A DNA stretch of 64,000 nucleotides from an uncultured Bacilli bacterium (GTDB lineage: Bacteria; Bacillota_I; Bacilli_A; RFN20; CAG-288): the NCBI GenBank assembly GCA_944371605.1, contig CALVXU010000009.1, positions 56,866 through 120,865 of the forward strand. Reading direction: 5' to 3'. A program made the position numbers and the translations under genes. Each line of letters starts with the position of its first letter. Positions within the stretch are counted from its first letter, which is position 1. Below the pieces are notes generated by a model. The model was not told the origin of the DNA and ran no database searches. It saw only the letters and a list, made by a program, of their open reading frames with translations. Of this stretch, positions 38,884-48,711 are shown one piece after another.

Positions 38884-40293
38884 TTATTTCCAAGTTATCG
38901 AGTTATAGAGATTCAAGTATTCTTTAGCAGAAAGATGCCATCCATAATCACCATTCATCCCGTTGATGATCTCACGTTTAAGACCTGGATTATAAAAATA
39001 AGAAGCTGAAGCATAGAAGCAATTGATGAAGCCAAAATAATCTTTATTGTTGAAAACAAACCCAGTGGCTTCTTCACCGCGAGAGAGATCTTTAACTGTA
39101 TCATTTAACCCACCAACATTAGAGACGATTGGAACGGTTCCATAGCGCATGGAGATCAATTGACTTGTTCCACACGGTTCAAAATAAGAAGGCATCAAGA
39201 AATAATCACTAGCTGCATATAGGATGTGAGCAAGGTTTTCATCATATCTCTTGATGAAATAAACTTCTGGATATTGCAAAGAATTATATAGGAAATTATC
39301 CTCCATCTCACCAGTACCAATGACGATTAAACGCGCATCTGCAGCCTTTAATTGTGGCATGCATTGGATGAGTCTTTCGACACCTTTCTGAGAAGAGAGA
39401 CGAGTGATTGCTGAATAGAGCGGCCCCTTAAAATCGCATGACATTCCTAATGAATTTAAGAGAGCGACTTTATTTGCTTTCTTACCTTCTACATAATTAT
39501 CAACTGAATAATTTTGATAAAGATGTTTGTCGGTTTGTGGATTCCATAAATCAGTGTCTAACCCATTGACAATACCGACAAAATCGTTATGTCTACACCA
39601 ATCGATGATAGCTCCGATACCTCCAAAACTTTCATGGTCATGCAGTAGTTCTTGGCAATGAGTTCTTGAAACTGTTGAGATTTTATCCGCTGTCATAATA
39701 CCAGTCTTCAAGAAATTGAAACAATCTCCCATTCTTACCAAGCCGGAATCAAAATAATCTGTATGTAAATTAAAATACTTCGATAAATCTTCTCTTCTAG
39801 CATAACCTTGATAGGCTGGATTATGAATAGTGAGAACAGTTTTTATCGGATTGGGATTATATCTTAAGAGCAATGGAAGCACTGCTGTCTGCCAATCATT
39901 GCAATGAACGACATCAAAGACATTATGACGAGTGATAAAAGTGTTGACAGCCATCATAAAGGCGGCAAAACGAGCGATGTCATCATCATATCCGTATAGA
40001 TTAGGACGATTAAACCATTCGTCCATAGCTAAGAAATAATAATCAACGCCATTGACAGTATGTTTAAAGACGCCGCAACCTTGCTGTCTCCAATTCATAT
40101 AGAAGTCAAAAGAATCATAATAGCCATGCATGATTTCAGGATGTTTTTCTCTGATAGTTTGATAAAAAGGGAGTATGACTGAGACTTGTTGATTCTCTTT
40201 GACTAATGCTTTTCCGAAAGAAAAAATAAAATCTGCCAATCCGCCTGATTTACAAAACGGAAGTGCTTCACCAGTGACTAAAAGAATTTTCAT
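38884..40293 (-). CDS. glgA: glycogen synthase
   Basis: KSGGLAD, VHCNDWQTA, TIHNPAYQG, PSYFEPCG, NVGGLNDTV. Confidence 0.96.
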   Translation of the reverse strand: MKILLVTGEALPFCKSGGLADFIFSFGKALVKENQQVSVILPFYQTIREKHPEIMHGYYDSFDFYMNWRQQGCGVFKHTVNGVDYYFLAMDEWFNRPNLYGYDDDIARFAAFMMAVNTFITRHNVFDVVHCNDWQTAVLPLLLRYNPNPIKTVLTIHNPAYQGYARREDLSKYFNLHTDYFDSGLVRMGDCFNFLKTGIMTADKISTVSRTHCQELLHDHESFGGIGAIIDWCRHNDFVGIVNGLDTDLWNPQTDKHLYQNYSVDNYVEGKKANKVALLNSLGMSCDFKGPLYSAITRLSSQKGVERLIQCMPQLKAADARLIVIGTGEMEDNFLYNSLQYPEVYFIKRYDENLAHILYAASDYFLMPSYFEPCGTSQLISMRYGTVPIVSNVGGLNDTVKDLSRGEEATGFVFNNKDYFGFINCFYASASYFYNPGLKREIINGMNGDYGWHLSAKEYLNLYNSITWK

Positions 40294-41408
40294 TAAACGA
40301 TATCTCCTCTGGCGATATAAAGAGGATCATCTAAAGTTCCGATGACTTCCGAAACATGTAAAACTTGAGCCTCTTTATCAACAATGGCATTTTCGATATG
40401 TGTGTTGACATCAATGACTGCTCCAGAACCGATGACCGAATTCTTAATCACTACGCCTTTATGAACCTTGACATCACGACCGACGATAGAATTGATGACT
40501 GTTCCTTCGATGATCGAGCCATTAGCGATAGTTGAATTCTTCACCAAAGCTCCTGGCTTATAGAGAGTCGGTGGCGTATCATAAGTCTTAGTATAAATAG
40601 GCCAGTTTTCTTTAAAGAGAGTGTTATATACGCTCTCATCTAATAGTTCTAATGAATACTTGAGATAATGCTTTAAGGAATCAAATGATCTGACATATCC
40701 ATTATGTTTCACCGCTCTGATTAACACAGAAGGTGAGACATAATTTAAAGCATCAGCTAATGAAAAGAAAGAAGAAGTTCCTGAGGCATATTCGATGAGA
40801 TTTTCTAACATCGGATAGTCCATAATCATCGTTCCTAAAGAAACATCACCTTCATCAGTTTCACCGCGATTAATCTCAAATTTAGTGACTTTTCCGCGAT
40901 CAGAAATGTACACTTTTCTAGCATTTATGAATGAACTCTTTAAGCCTGTAACATGAGCATATAATAGTGAAATACGACTTTTTGAAGCGATATGATCCGC
41001 TAATAATTGTGAAAAATCTTCCTGGAAGACCACATGAGGTGAAGATATAACAACATAATCAGGATTCACTTGTTTTAAAAACCAGCGATTTTCAATCAAG
41101 TCAGCTACGTCAGTATTATAAGAAGAATTAGCGATATTGGGTTCATCATACAAAACATGGAAATCACCGATTTTAGTATTAGTAATCCAGGTTCTGCCAC
41201 TCCCGACGTGTCTTGACAAAGAACGAATATGATGTTGGCATAAAACACCGATAGAAGGGATTTTTGAATTTAAAAAGTTAGATAAAACAAAATCGATAAA
41301 AGCGTAACGACCTAAAAATGAAGTAGAAGCGATAGCGCGATGCCTAGTCATCGGGCCGAAATTAGGATTATTAAAACAATCGACTAGACCTAATACTTTA
41401 ATAGCCAT
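40293..41408 (-). CDS. glgD: ADP-glucose pyrophosphorylase subunit GlgD
   Basis: FLGRYAFIDFVLSN, IYTKTYDTPPTLY, beta-helix tail; between glgC and glgA. Confidence 0.9.
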   Translation of the reverse strand: MAIKVLGLVDCFNNPNFGPMTRHRAIASTSFLGRYAFIDFVLSNFLNSKIPSIGVLCQHHIRSLSRHVGSGRTWITNTKIGDFHVLYDEPNIANSSYNTDVADLIENRWFLKQVNPDYVVISSPHVVFQEDFSQLLADHIASKSRISLLYAHVTGLKSSFINARKVYISDRGKVTKFEINRGETDEGDVSLGTMIMDYPMLENLIEYASGTSSFFSLADALNYVSPSVLIRAVKHNGYVRSFDSLKHYLKYSLELLDESVYNTLFKENWPIYTKTYDTPPTLYKPGALVKNSTIANGSIIEGTVINSIVGRDVKVHKGVVIKNSVIGSGAVIDVNTHIENAIVDKEAQVLHVSEVIGTLDDPLYIARGDIV

Positions 41409-41422
41409 TGTAGTTTACCTCC

Positions 41423-42529
41423 CTAGTCGTTGACGAGGATTATGTCCTCATCCTTTCCTATTTTATCGTTAGACACCACAGTTTTACTTCCAACGATAGC
41501 ATAATTAACTTTGACATCTTTTTTAATCACTGCTCCAGGCATGATGAATGAATTGACAATTTCAGCACCTGGTTCAATGACAGCTTCATTCGAGACTATC
41601 GAATGAATGACTTTTCCTTTTACTACTGCGCCTTGATTGATGATAGAATCTTTGACTTCAGCACTAGGAGAAATATATTGTGGACGTGAACAAGTATCTG
41701 CTGAATAGATTTTAAAGTCTTTAGAGAAAAGATGGAGCAAACAATCAGAATCTAATAAATCCATATTGGATTCCCATAAAGATTTTATAGTTCCGACATC
41801 TTTCCAATAGCCTGTAAATGGATAGGCATATAAACTTCTACCGTTATTCAATAAATAAGGAAGAATATTTTTGCCGAAATCATGATCAGTTTTTTCAGCA
41901 TTATGATCTTTGATAAGAGCATCTCTTAAGAGCTTATAAGTGAAGATGTAAATTCCCATTGAGGCCAGTGTAGATTTAGGATTCTTAGGTTTTTCTTGGA
42001 ACTCTTGAATCTTGTGTTCTTTATCAGCGACGATGATACCAAAACGCGATGCCTCTTCAAGCGGAACATCAATACAAGCGATAGTGACATCTGCACCATT
42101 TTTCTTGTGGAACTTAAGCATATCAGAATAATCCATCTTATAGATGTGATCACCAGAAAGAATGACAACATATTCGCAGTGCGTCTTATCTAACCAATCG
42201 ATGTTTTGATAAATAGCATCTGCAGTGCCTAAGTACCAACTGGCACCATCAGGTGTTTCTCTTGGTGGCAAAATTGAAGTCAATGCACCAGTACCATTTA
42301 ATCCCCAACTGGCACCAGTACCGATATAATTGTTTAAAACTGTTGATTCATATTGTGTAGCGACACCAACACAATTTATACCGGAATTTGCGACATTCGA
42401 CAAAACGAAGTCGATGATACGATACTTCCCACCAAAAAAAACAGCTGGCTTAGCAATTTTGCTAGTCAACGATTTAAGGCGGGTTCCTCTACCACCGGCT
42501 AAAATCATGGCAACCATCTCTTCTTTCAT
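41423..42529 (-). CDS. glgC: glucose-1-phosphate adenylyltransferase
   Basis: ILAGGRGTRL, AKPAVFFGGKYRIIDF, LSGDHIYKMDY, YWKDVGT; start 42529 behind AGGAGG. Confidence 0.97.
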   Translation of the reverse strand: MKEEMVAMILAGGRGTRLKSLTSKIAKPAVFFGGKYRIIDFVLSNVANSGINCVGVATQYESTVLNNYIGTGASWGLNGTGALTSILPPRETPDGASWYLGTADAIYQNIDWLDKTHCEYVVILSGDHIYKMDYSDMLKFHKKNGADVTIACIDVPLEEASRFGIIVADKEHKIQEFQEKPKNPKSTLASMGIYIFTYKLLRDALIKDHNAEKTDHDFGKNILPYLLNNGRSLYAYPFTGYWKDVGTIKSLWESNMDLLDSDCLLHLFSKDFKIYSADTCSRPQYISPSAEVKDSIINQGAVVKGKVIHSIVSNEAVIEPGAEIVNSFIMPGAVIKKDVKVNYAIVGSKTVVSNDKIGKDEDIILVND

Positions 42530-42541
42530 GATAGCCTCCTG

Positions 42542-42569
42542 TGTAAACGCTTTCAATATGGATATTATA
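42542..42569 (-). promoter_or_regulatory. glgC -10 box and consensus cre site
   Basis: TATAAT (42564-69) followed by TGAAAGCGTTTACA (42542-55), a full match to cre consensus. Confidence 0.75.
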
Positions 42570-42888
42570 CACTTTTTTTCTCTTCGAAAAAAGAATAATT
42601 CTCAACTTGTCCAGTTTTTTACATTATTGACATAAAGACGATTTTTAAACAAAAAATAAGTTAGCATTTTCATCTTTTTTCGAACTATATTTCCATAACA
42701 AATATACCACTCATTTATAATTTAGTAGCATTTTTTTATTTAAAAGACTATCAGTGTGCACAAATTCATTTTTTATTAATATAATATATTTACAAAGCGT
42801 TTACTTAATCAAATAAACTTGAGTATTTTTGTATCTCTTTCAGCTTCGGACATATGGCAAGTTTTGAAAAGGTAAAAGTGAGGTTAAA

Positions 42889-44898
42889 ATGTCATATAAG
42901 TTTAATGTCCAAGAAAAGAAATATGGAACTATTAGGCAACAATTCTATGAACTTCCTGATAGAGGCTTATGCAATTTTTATAATGGTGACAGCAAGTTAT
43001 TCTTCAAAACATTAAGCGGTAAAAAGCTGAACAAAAATCAATATTTAGTCTTCCAAAGCGAAGCGTTTGATTCAAAAAATATCGACTTATTTCAAAACAA
43101 ATATTTGAGCTATATCCCTAAATGTGATGCTTTAATAAACAACAAGTCAATCAAAGAAAATCTCGAACTTGCCTTTTTAGTTTCGCAGTTAGAATATCGT
43201 CTAGATTCGATCAAAGAGCTTTTTTCACTCGTTGACTTAGCTTATAGCGATGATTATCTCGATGTTTTCCTAGATCTCAAAGTAAAAAGACTCACACGTT
43301 TAGATTATTTTAAGCTTTCACTAGCTATCTCTCTTCTTAAAAAGCCAAAGATTATCATCATAGAAAGTATGAATAATCTGCTGAATGATGATATGATCGA
43401 TTGTTTAAATATCATTAAAAAACTGAGCCGAGATCGTGCGATATATGTCTCATGTAAAAATGATTCAAAAACAAAATTATATTTTGATTTTGTAGTAGAT
43501 TTAAAAGAACTCAAACCGATAAAAATAGCTGAGAATAGTGAATTTTATTATCACTATGATTATGGTGATTTATCACATAAAAATTCTGATTCATCTGTGA
43601 TAAAGCAATCATTAAAACATAACAAAGCCTCCATCTGTTCAATGATTGCTCTAACAAGTGTCATCTTTGGACTTTTCACTACTTCTATATCTTTATATTC
43701 CACTGATAGTCGCGCTTTATTCATCGATAAGCTATATGAAAATGATGTCGATTCATTGATGATTGAAAAAAAATATATGCGTGCCGATGGTCATAGCGGA
43801 AGCTATGATATCATTGATTATGACTTCGATGAAGAAGAGAAACAAAGAATAACTGAACATAACAATAATAGCAGTCTATTTATAGATGTTTTGCCTTCAT
43901 CTTTTAGCATTCAAAATAATGTCATCGAGAAAATTGATACTTTTAGTAACCTATATTTTCAAGAAATATATGGTTTAGAGATCACTGATAAAACAACTGC
44001 TGACTGTTTGAATTTAAAGCCTGTCAATTTTGAATCACGCTTTCCAAAAAACAAAGATGAGATCGCTTTGACCGATTATCAGGCTAATCTTCTTTGCAAT
44101 TATGGGCTCAGTGAAACAACCAGTCATTTGACACCGACTGAACTGATCGGTAAAAAATATAATGGTTTAACAATCACTGGAATATTTAAAACCAGCTATG
44201 ATGATTACCAGACTTATAAAGAATATATAAATAATGAAGATAAATTGACTGATGATATTTCAAATATTGCTAGAGGTTTTACTTTAGATAAATGCTTTTT
44301 CGTCTGCGATGATTTCTTCGCAAATATCAATCAAGATTTTAGTGGTTATAATAAAGCATTTATTCGATTAAGCGGTGATAGAAATAAAGATATCAAGTTT
44401 ATAAATACTTTTAAAAATGATCGGACATTTATCGAACTTCACGGCAAGTATGAAAACTATTTCATCATTTTGTTTAATGTCTTCCAAGTCAAGAACACTT
44501 ATCGCAATATCACTAATTGGGTTAATGATAGTAATACTAAAATGTGGGCTATCATAATCTCAATAACTGTCTTTGGCTTGATATATGAAGTTCTCATGCT
44601 CTTAATCATCAATCGCAACACGATAAAAGAATTATTGCTGTTAAATAATTTAGGTGCCGAAAGAAAAATGATCAAGTCGCTTCTAATAAAAAAGATGCTT
44701 ATCATCGGCTTAATCGAACTCATATCCAGTTTAATCATCTCAGTGATCAGCTGCATAGTGATCAATCACTTCATAAATTTCACAATCTCTAATATAACCA
44801 TAATCGGAATACTCATCTGCACTATTTTAATCATCTTCGCCCTGCTTCTAACTTCCGCAATCATCATGAACAGATATCACAAAAAGATCAAAGAATAA
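42889..44898 (+). CDS. MacB/FtsX-like permease fused to degenerate ABC ATPase domain
   Basis: LTRLDYFKLSLAISLLKKPKIIIIES resembles signature/Walker B; no Walker A; 1 TM + large loop + 3 C-terminal TM. Confidence 0.65.
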   Translation: MSYKFNVQEKKYGTIRQQFYELPDRGLCNFYNGDSKLFFKTLSGKKLNKNQYLVFQSEAFDSKNIDLFQNKYLSYIPKCDALINNKSIKENLELAFLVSQLEYRLDSIKELFSLVDLAYSDDYLDVFLDLKVKRLTRLDYFKLSLAISLLKKPKIIIIESMNNLLNDDMIDCLNIIKKLSRDRAIYVSCKNDSKTKLYFDFVVDLKELKPIKIAENSEFYYHYDYGDLSHKNSDSSVIKQSLKHNKASICSMIALTSVIFGLFTTSISLYSTDSRALFIDKLYENDVDSLMIEKKYMRADGHSGSYDIIDYDFDEEEKQRITEHNNNSSLFIDVLPSSFSIQNNVIEKIDTFSNLYFQEIYGLEITDKTTADCLNLKPVNFESRFPKNKDEIALTDYQANLLCNYGLSETTSHLTPTELIGKKYNGLTITGIFKTSYDDYQTYKEYINNEDKLTDDISNIARGFTLDKCFFVCDDFFANINQDFSGYNKAFIRLSGDRNKDIKFINTFKNDRTFIELHGKYENYFIILFNVFQVKNTYRNITNWVNDSNTKMWAIIISITVFGLIYEVLMLLIINRNTIKELLLLNNLGAERKMIKSLLIKKMLIIGLIELISSLIISVISCIVINHFINFTISNITIIGILICTILIIFALLLTSAIIMNRYHKKIKE

Positions 44899-44920
44899 AG
44901 AAAAGGTTTTAAATAAATAT

Positions 44921-44952
44921 AAAAAGGATGTGAACTAAATCACATCCTTTTT
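44921..44952. terminator. bidirectional terminator
   Basis: AAAAAGGATGTGA-ACTAAA-TCACATCCTTTTT between convergent genes. Confidence 0.9.
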
Positions 44953-44975
44953 ATTATCTAGTCATCAAGATTTGA

Positions 44976-47900
44976 TTAATCTTCTTCTTTCTTTTTTAAA
45001 TTCTTTCGATAATATTCAAAGCCGAAGAAGCCGATAGAAGCGGCGGTGAGAACACCTAAGACGCTATCAGCAGCGATTAATCCGATCTGATAAGGAGTGA
45101 GAACATGGACCAAACGAGTATTAGAATCCCAGCCATTCATAGCAGATGAATGACAAACAGTATAAAGAATACGTTTGGCTGATTCTCTCATCTTCCATGC
45201 GAGTTCTCCATATCCTTCTTTATAAGCATCGAATTGAGAATTGATATTAGCACCATCGACAAGATCGTTTCCGCAGAAAACCCCATAAGGCATCTTCAAT
45301 AGTCCCATGTAGAAGGTTAAAGTTCCGTATTGTTGAAGCATATACATATCAGTGACAACAAAACCATCAAATCCTTCTTCACCTCTCAACCAATCAGTCA
45401 AAAGATTTGAACTAGCCCCAGAGACAGAGGTTCCAACACGATTATAAGAACTCATCATAGCATGAGCATCACCTTCTTCGATAGCGATTTGGAAAGCTTC
45501 TAAATACAATTCACGGAAGCTCTGTTCATTAAGCCATGTAGAAAGACCATAACGACTAGTCTCTTGGTCATTTAAAACGAAGTGTTTGATATAGGCATAG
45601 ACACCTTTGGATTGAATACCAGCGACTTGAACACTCGCTGTCTTGCCGGATAAGAAACCATCTTCAGAATAATATTCAGGATTGCGAGAAGAGTATTGAG
45701 TGCGGTGGAGGTTCATAGCTGGTCCATAAATACCTTTATAACCAGCCCAAAGACAATTTTCACCATACATCTTACCAACTCTATCGATCAATTCAGCATT
45801 CATAGTCGAAGCTAAGACACCAGCAGCCGGGAAAGTTGAAGGTCTTGCAGTCGGATCTTCATTATTTTTATAAGCTAATCCATTTTGACTAGTAGCGAAT
45901 AATTCAGTGACACCTAGAGGACCGTTATGATCAAGGGTTGCAGGTTTGCCGAGAACACCTTCAAGACCAGCAGTGGATCTCATACCATTAGAGAGAAGTT
46001 GGACAGTATCATCCCAAGTGAGCTGATCGAGATAAGTATCCCAAATGTCAGCATCATAAGGGATTTCGTTTCCATCAGTATCCTCTCTTAAACTGACTAA
46101 AGACAAGCCATTATTAGCACCATATGTCGGATACTCGATATCATCTTTTTGAAGTAGGCTTTCATCCCAACCAGTGCGGAAATCTTCAAGCATCTTTTTA
46201 GTCATCGTGATCTTAGTATAACTATCATTGTTATCAAGAGAATCTAAAACCACAGTGCCTTGCCAATCGTTTCTAGTGATGTAGGTGACAGGAGAGGTGT
46301 CTTTGGTCTCAGCATATTTGTTCAAATCAGCATTATCGAATAAATTAGTGATCTTTTGACCAGTCGCTTTAGATGTGGAATACTTAGTCGTGTCAACTTC
46401 TTCTTGGTTCAAAGCAACTTTAGCTAAAGAAGCATCACCTTCATCATCCATTCTGCCATCAGCAGGAGAATAACCTAGATTAGCCAATAAATTATTAGTT
46501 GCATCGTGAGCACCATTACCTAAAACTAGATAATATTCGCCTGGAGTTAAGACATAAGTCTTCGAAGTGTTAGCATCATAAGAAGCGAATTGACGACCGT
46601 CGACAGTATATGTGATATTTTCTGTATCGCCAGGTTCTATCAAAGGAGTTTTTTGATATCCGACTAATTCAACAGCACTTGCCTCGATGCCATTTTTAAT
46701 ATTGTAGTCAGTATATGGTTTTGATAAATAGATCTCGACAACATCTTTTCCAGCGACATCACCGCTATTTGTGACATCAACTGAAACCTGATAATCGTCT
46801 CCAGTTCTGCTCACTTTGTAATTAGAATAGGTGAATTCGGTGTAAGATAAACCGAAACCGAAAGGAACAGCAACTGTCGAAGCATAGTCGAAATCACCAG
46901 TCTTTTCCCTATTAGCCACATAATCAGCATAACGTGTTTCTGTGTAACGATAACCGAGATAAATGCCTTCTTGATAAACGACATAATGTCCTTCATAACC
47001 ACCGACACCATCAGTCGCTTCATGCAAAGTCAAACCATCAGGATTTAAGAACTCATATCCTAATTGATTGGTCAAAGTCGGATTTTGATCATTAGAATAC
47101 CAAAGAGTATCATTGCTCTTGCCAGAAGGGTTAGCATTTCCAGCTAATAAATCACCGACACCATTAAAGCCAGTAGTACCGACCGTTTGTATCTGTAAAC
47201 AAGCATCGATTCCGAATTCCTCATCATCTAGGAAACCTAAATCAATCGTGGCTGTGCAGTTTAATAAGACGATGATCTTTTTGACTGTTCCAGCATCTTT
47301 TAAAGCTTTTAAGCCGCGTAAAACGCTCATCTCATCATTAGATAATGTCAAAGCATCACCATTCGGAGTGTTTTCAGTTCCAGAACGATTGACGTCTTTG
47401 TTTCCTTCACCAGAAACACGAGTGATATTCATTATTGCTGCATCACCATATTGGGCGATAGATGAACCAAAACCAGCATTAGCGACATCCCAAGGAACTT
47501 CACCAACTCTTTGAATCAATGGATTAGGAGTTCCCATACCATTTCTTTGAGTGCCATAAGTCGATTGGACTTCAGAATCACTGTAATAATCCCAAGCGGT
47601 TGGATTGACTTCAAAACCAGCATGTTCTAATCCTGCTTTCAAAGTGACTTCACGACCAGTAGCGCTTGAGCTAGCGACTGAACCTGAAGATGTTAAGCTT
47701 GAGACAACAGAAGCGATGCCGACAGTGGTAACCTTAGAATTTTTAGCAAGTGGCAAAGCTTCGTTTTTATTCATGATAAGAACAGCACCTTCTTCCACTT
47801 CCTCTTCGATGAGTTCATCAGTATCTTCAATCAAATCATCTAAGTGCTCATACTCAGATTTATAATATTCGGTATCTTTTTCTTCACCATCAGCCGCTTC

Positions 47901-48050
47901 ATCTTGAACAATCTCCCAAGAAGTGGTGCCTAAAGCAGTATTGATTGCTAAAACATTCTCATTGCAGATGACGGTAGTCAAAATAGACAAACCTAAAAGA
48001 GAAGCAAAAGTAGTCAAACAAATCTTACTCGCAGTATATCTTTTACTCAT
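44976..48050 (-). CDS. second membrane-anchored permuted GH3 glycosidase
   Basis: GAVLIMNKNEALPL, YQEGIYLGYRY, PFGFGLSY, GPAMNLHRT, EYYSEDG, KHFVLNDQET, FVVTD; TM at both ends. Confidence 0.92.
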   Translation of the reverse strand: MSKRYTASKICLTTFASLLGLSILTTVICNENVLAINTALGTTSWEIVQDEAADGEEKDTEYYKSEYEHLDDLIEDTDELIEEEVEEGAVLIMNKNEALPLAKNSKVTTVGIASVVSSLTSSGSVASSSATGREVTLKAGLEHAGFEVNPTAWDYYSDSEVQSTYGTQRNGMGTPNPLIQRVGEVPWDVANAGFGSSIAQYGDAAIMNITRVSGEGNKDVNRSGTENTPNGDALTLSNDEMSVLRGLKALKDAGTVKKIIVLLNCTATIDLGFLDDEEFGIDACLQIQTVGTTGFNGVGDLLAGNANPSGKSNDTLWYSNDQNPTLTNQLGYEFLNPDGLTLHEATDGVGGYEGHYVVYQEGIYLGYRYTETRYADYVANREKTGDFDYASTVAVPFGFGLSYTEFTYSNYKVSRTGDDYQVSVDVTNSGDVAGKDVVEIYLSKPYTDYNIKNGIEASAVELVGYQKTPLIEPGDTENITYTVDGRQFASYDANTSKTYVLTPGEYYLVLGNGAHDATNNLLANLGYSPADGRMDDEGDASLAKVALNQEEVDTTKYSTSKATGQKITNLFDNADLNKYAETKDTSPVTYITRNDWQGTVVLDSLDNNDSYTKITMTKKMLEDFRTGWDESLLQKDDIEYPTYGANNGLSLVSLREDTDGNEIPYDADIWDTYLDQLTWDDTVQLLSNGMRSTAGLEGVLGKPATLDHNGPLGVTELFATSQNGLAYKNNEDPTARPSTFPAAGVLASTMNAELIDRVGKMYGENCLWAGYKGIYGPAMNLHRTQYSSRNPEYYSEDGFLSGKTASVQVAGIQSKGVYAYIKHFVLNDQETSRYGLSTWLNEQSFRELYLEAFQIAIEEGDAHAMMSSYNRVGTSVSGASSNLLTDWLRGEEGFDGFVVTDMYMLQQYGTLTFYMGLLKMPYGVFCGNDLVDGANINSQFDAYKEGYGELAWKMRESAKRILYTVCHSSAMNGWDSNTRLVHVLTPYQIGLIAADSVLGVLTAASIGFFGFEYYRKNLKKKEED

Positions 48051-48062
48051 ATTCGTTAACTC

Positions 48063-48497
48063 CTATTCAGTGACCTTATCTTTTTCGTCAACGGCCGCAC
48101 CTTTCTTATATAGAGGTAAAAAGATAGAAGCAATGCTGAAGCCATAAGTTAAAAAGTAAAAGATAAGAGAGAAAATAAAATCAATAGAAAAGCTTTCGAT
48201 ATCGATACCGGTAAAAACTGTAGCGACATAGTTGTAGCAAGCATAAATAAAGAACCCGATACCCAAAGCGCTCAAAATGGTGTTGATAGCTGGAGCGAAT
48301 TGGAACTTATCAAAAACAAATAAAGCGATATCGACTAAGATGAGGAGTAGAAAACAAACAAAAGTGCCCCAAGATTGATAACTAGTGGCTGAACCGACAA
48401 GACAGAGAATAAAAGAGATGAGAGAGAACAACATCGTAGCGAAGATGAAGTAAGAGCCTAGACTACTTCTTTTAAATCGTTCTAAAATACCTTTCAT
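48063..48497 (-). CDS. small 4-TM membrane protein (paralog of 34219-34686)
   Basis: 144 aa, GGAGG RBS, shared (L/F)AP, Y.(S/A)T.F and terminal P.(F/Y).K motifs. Confidence 0.8.
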   Translation of the reverse strand: MKGILERFKRSSLGSYFIFATMLFSLISFILCLVGSATSYQSWGTFVCFLLLILVDIALFVFDKFQFAPAINTILSALGIGFFIYACYNYVATVFTGIDIESFSIDFIFSLIFYFLTYGFSIASIFLPLYKKGAAVDEKDKVTE

Positions 48498-48585
48498 TTA
48501 CACCTCCGATAAAAGACAAGTTAAGCGGCTAAAAACTTTTGAGAAAAATAGTTTTCACATGCCATTTAACTAATAAAAATTATAA

Positions 48586-48599
48586 TTTAATCGCTTTCA
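48586..48599 (-). promoter_or_regulatory. cre-like site upstream of second GH3 cassette
   Basis: TGAAAGCGATTAAA on minus strand. Confidence 0.45.
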
Positions 48600-48643
48600 G
48601 CATATATAGACATATATTATGAAAATTAATAATATTTAGACAT

Positions 48644-48702
48644 AAAAAAAATATTTGTCAATATTCTTTGACATAATAGTCATAAAACACGACAAATATT
48701 TT
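48644..48702 (-). terminator. hairpin/terminator after SMC gene, overlapping next -35
   Basis: AAAATATTTGTC...GACAAATATTTT perfect 12-bp IR, T-tract on minus strand; TTGACA within arm. Confidence 0.55.
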
Positions 48703-48711
48703 GGGGATTTT

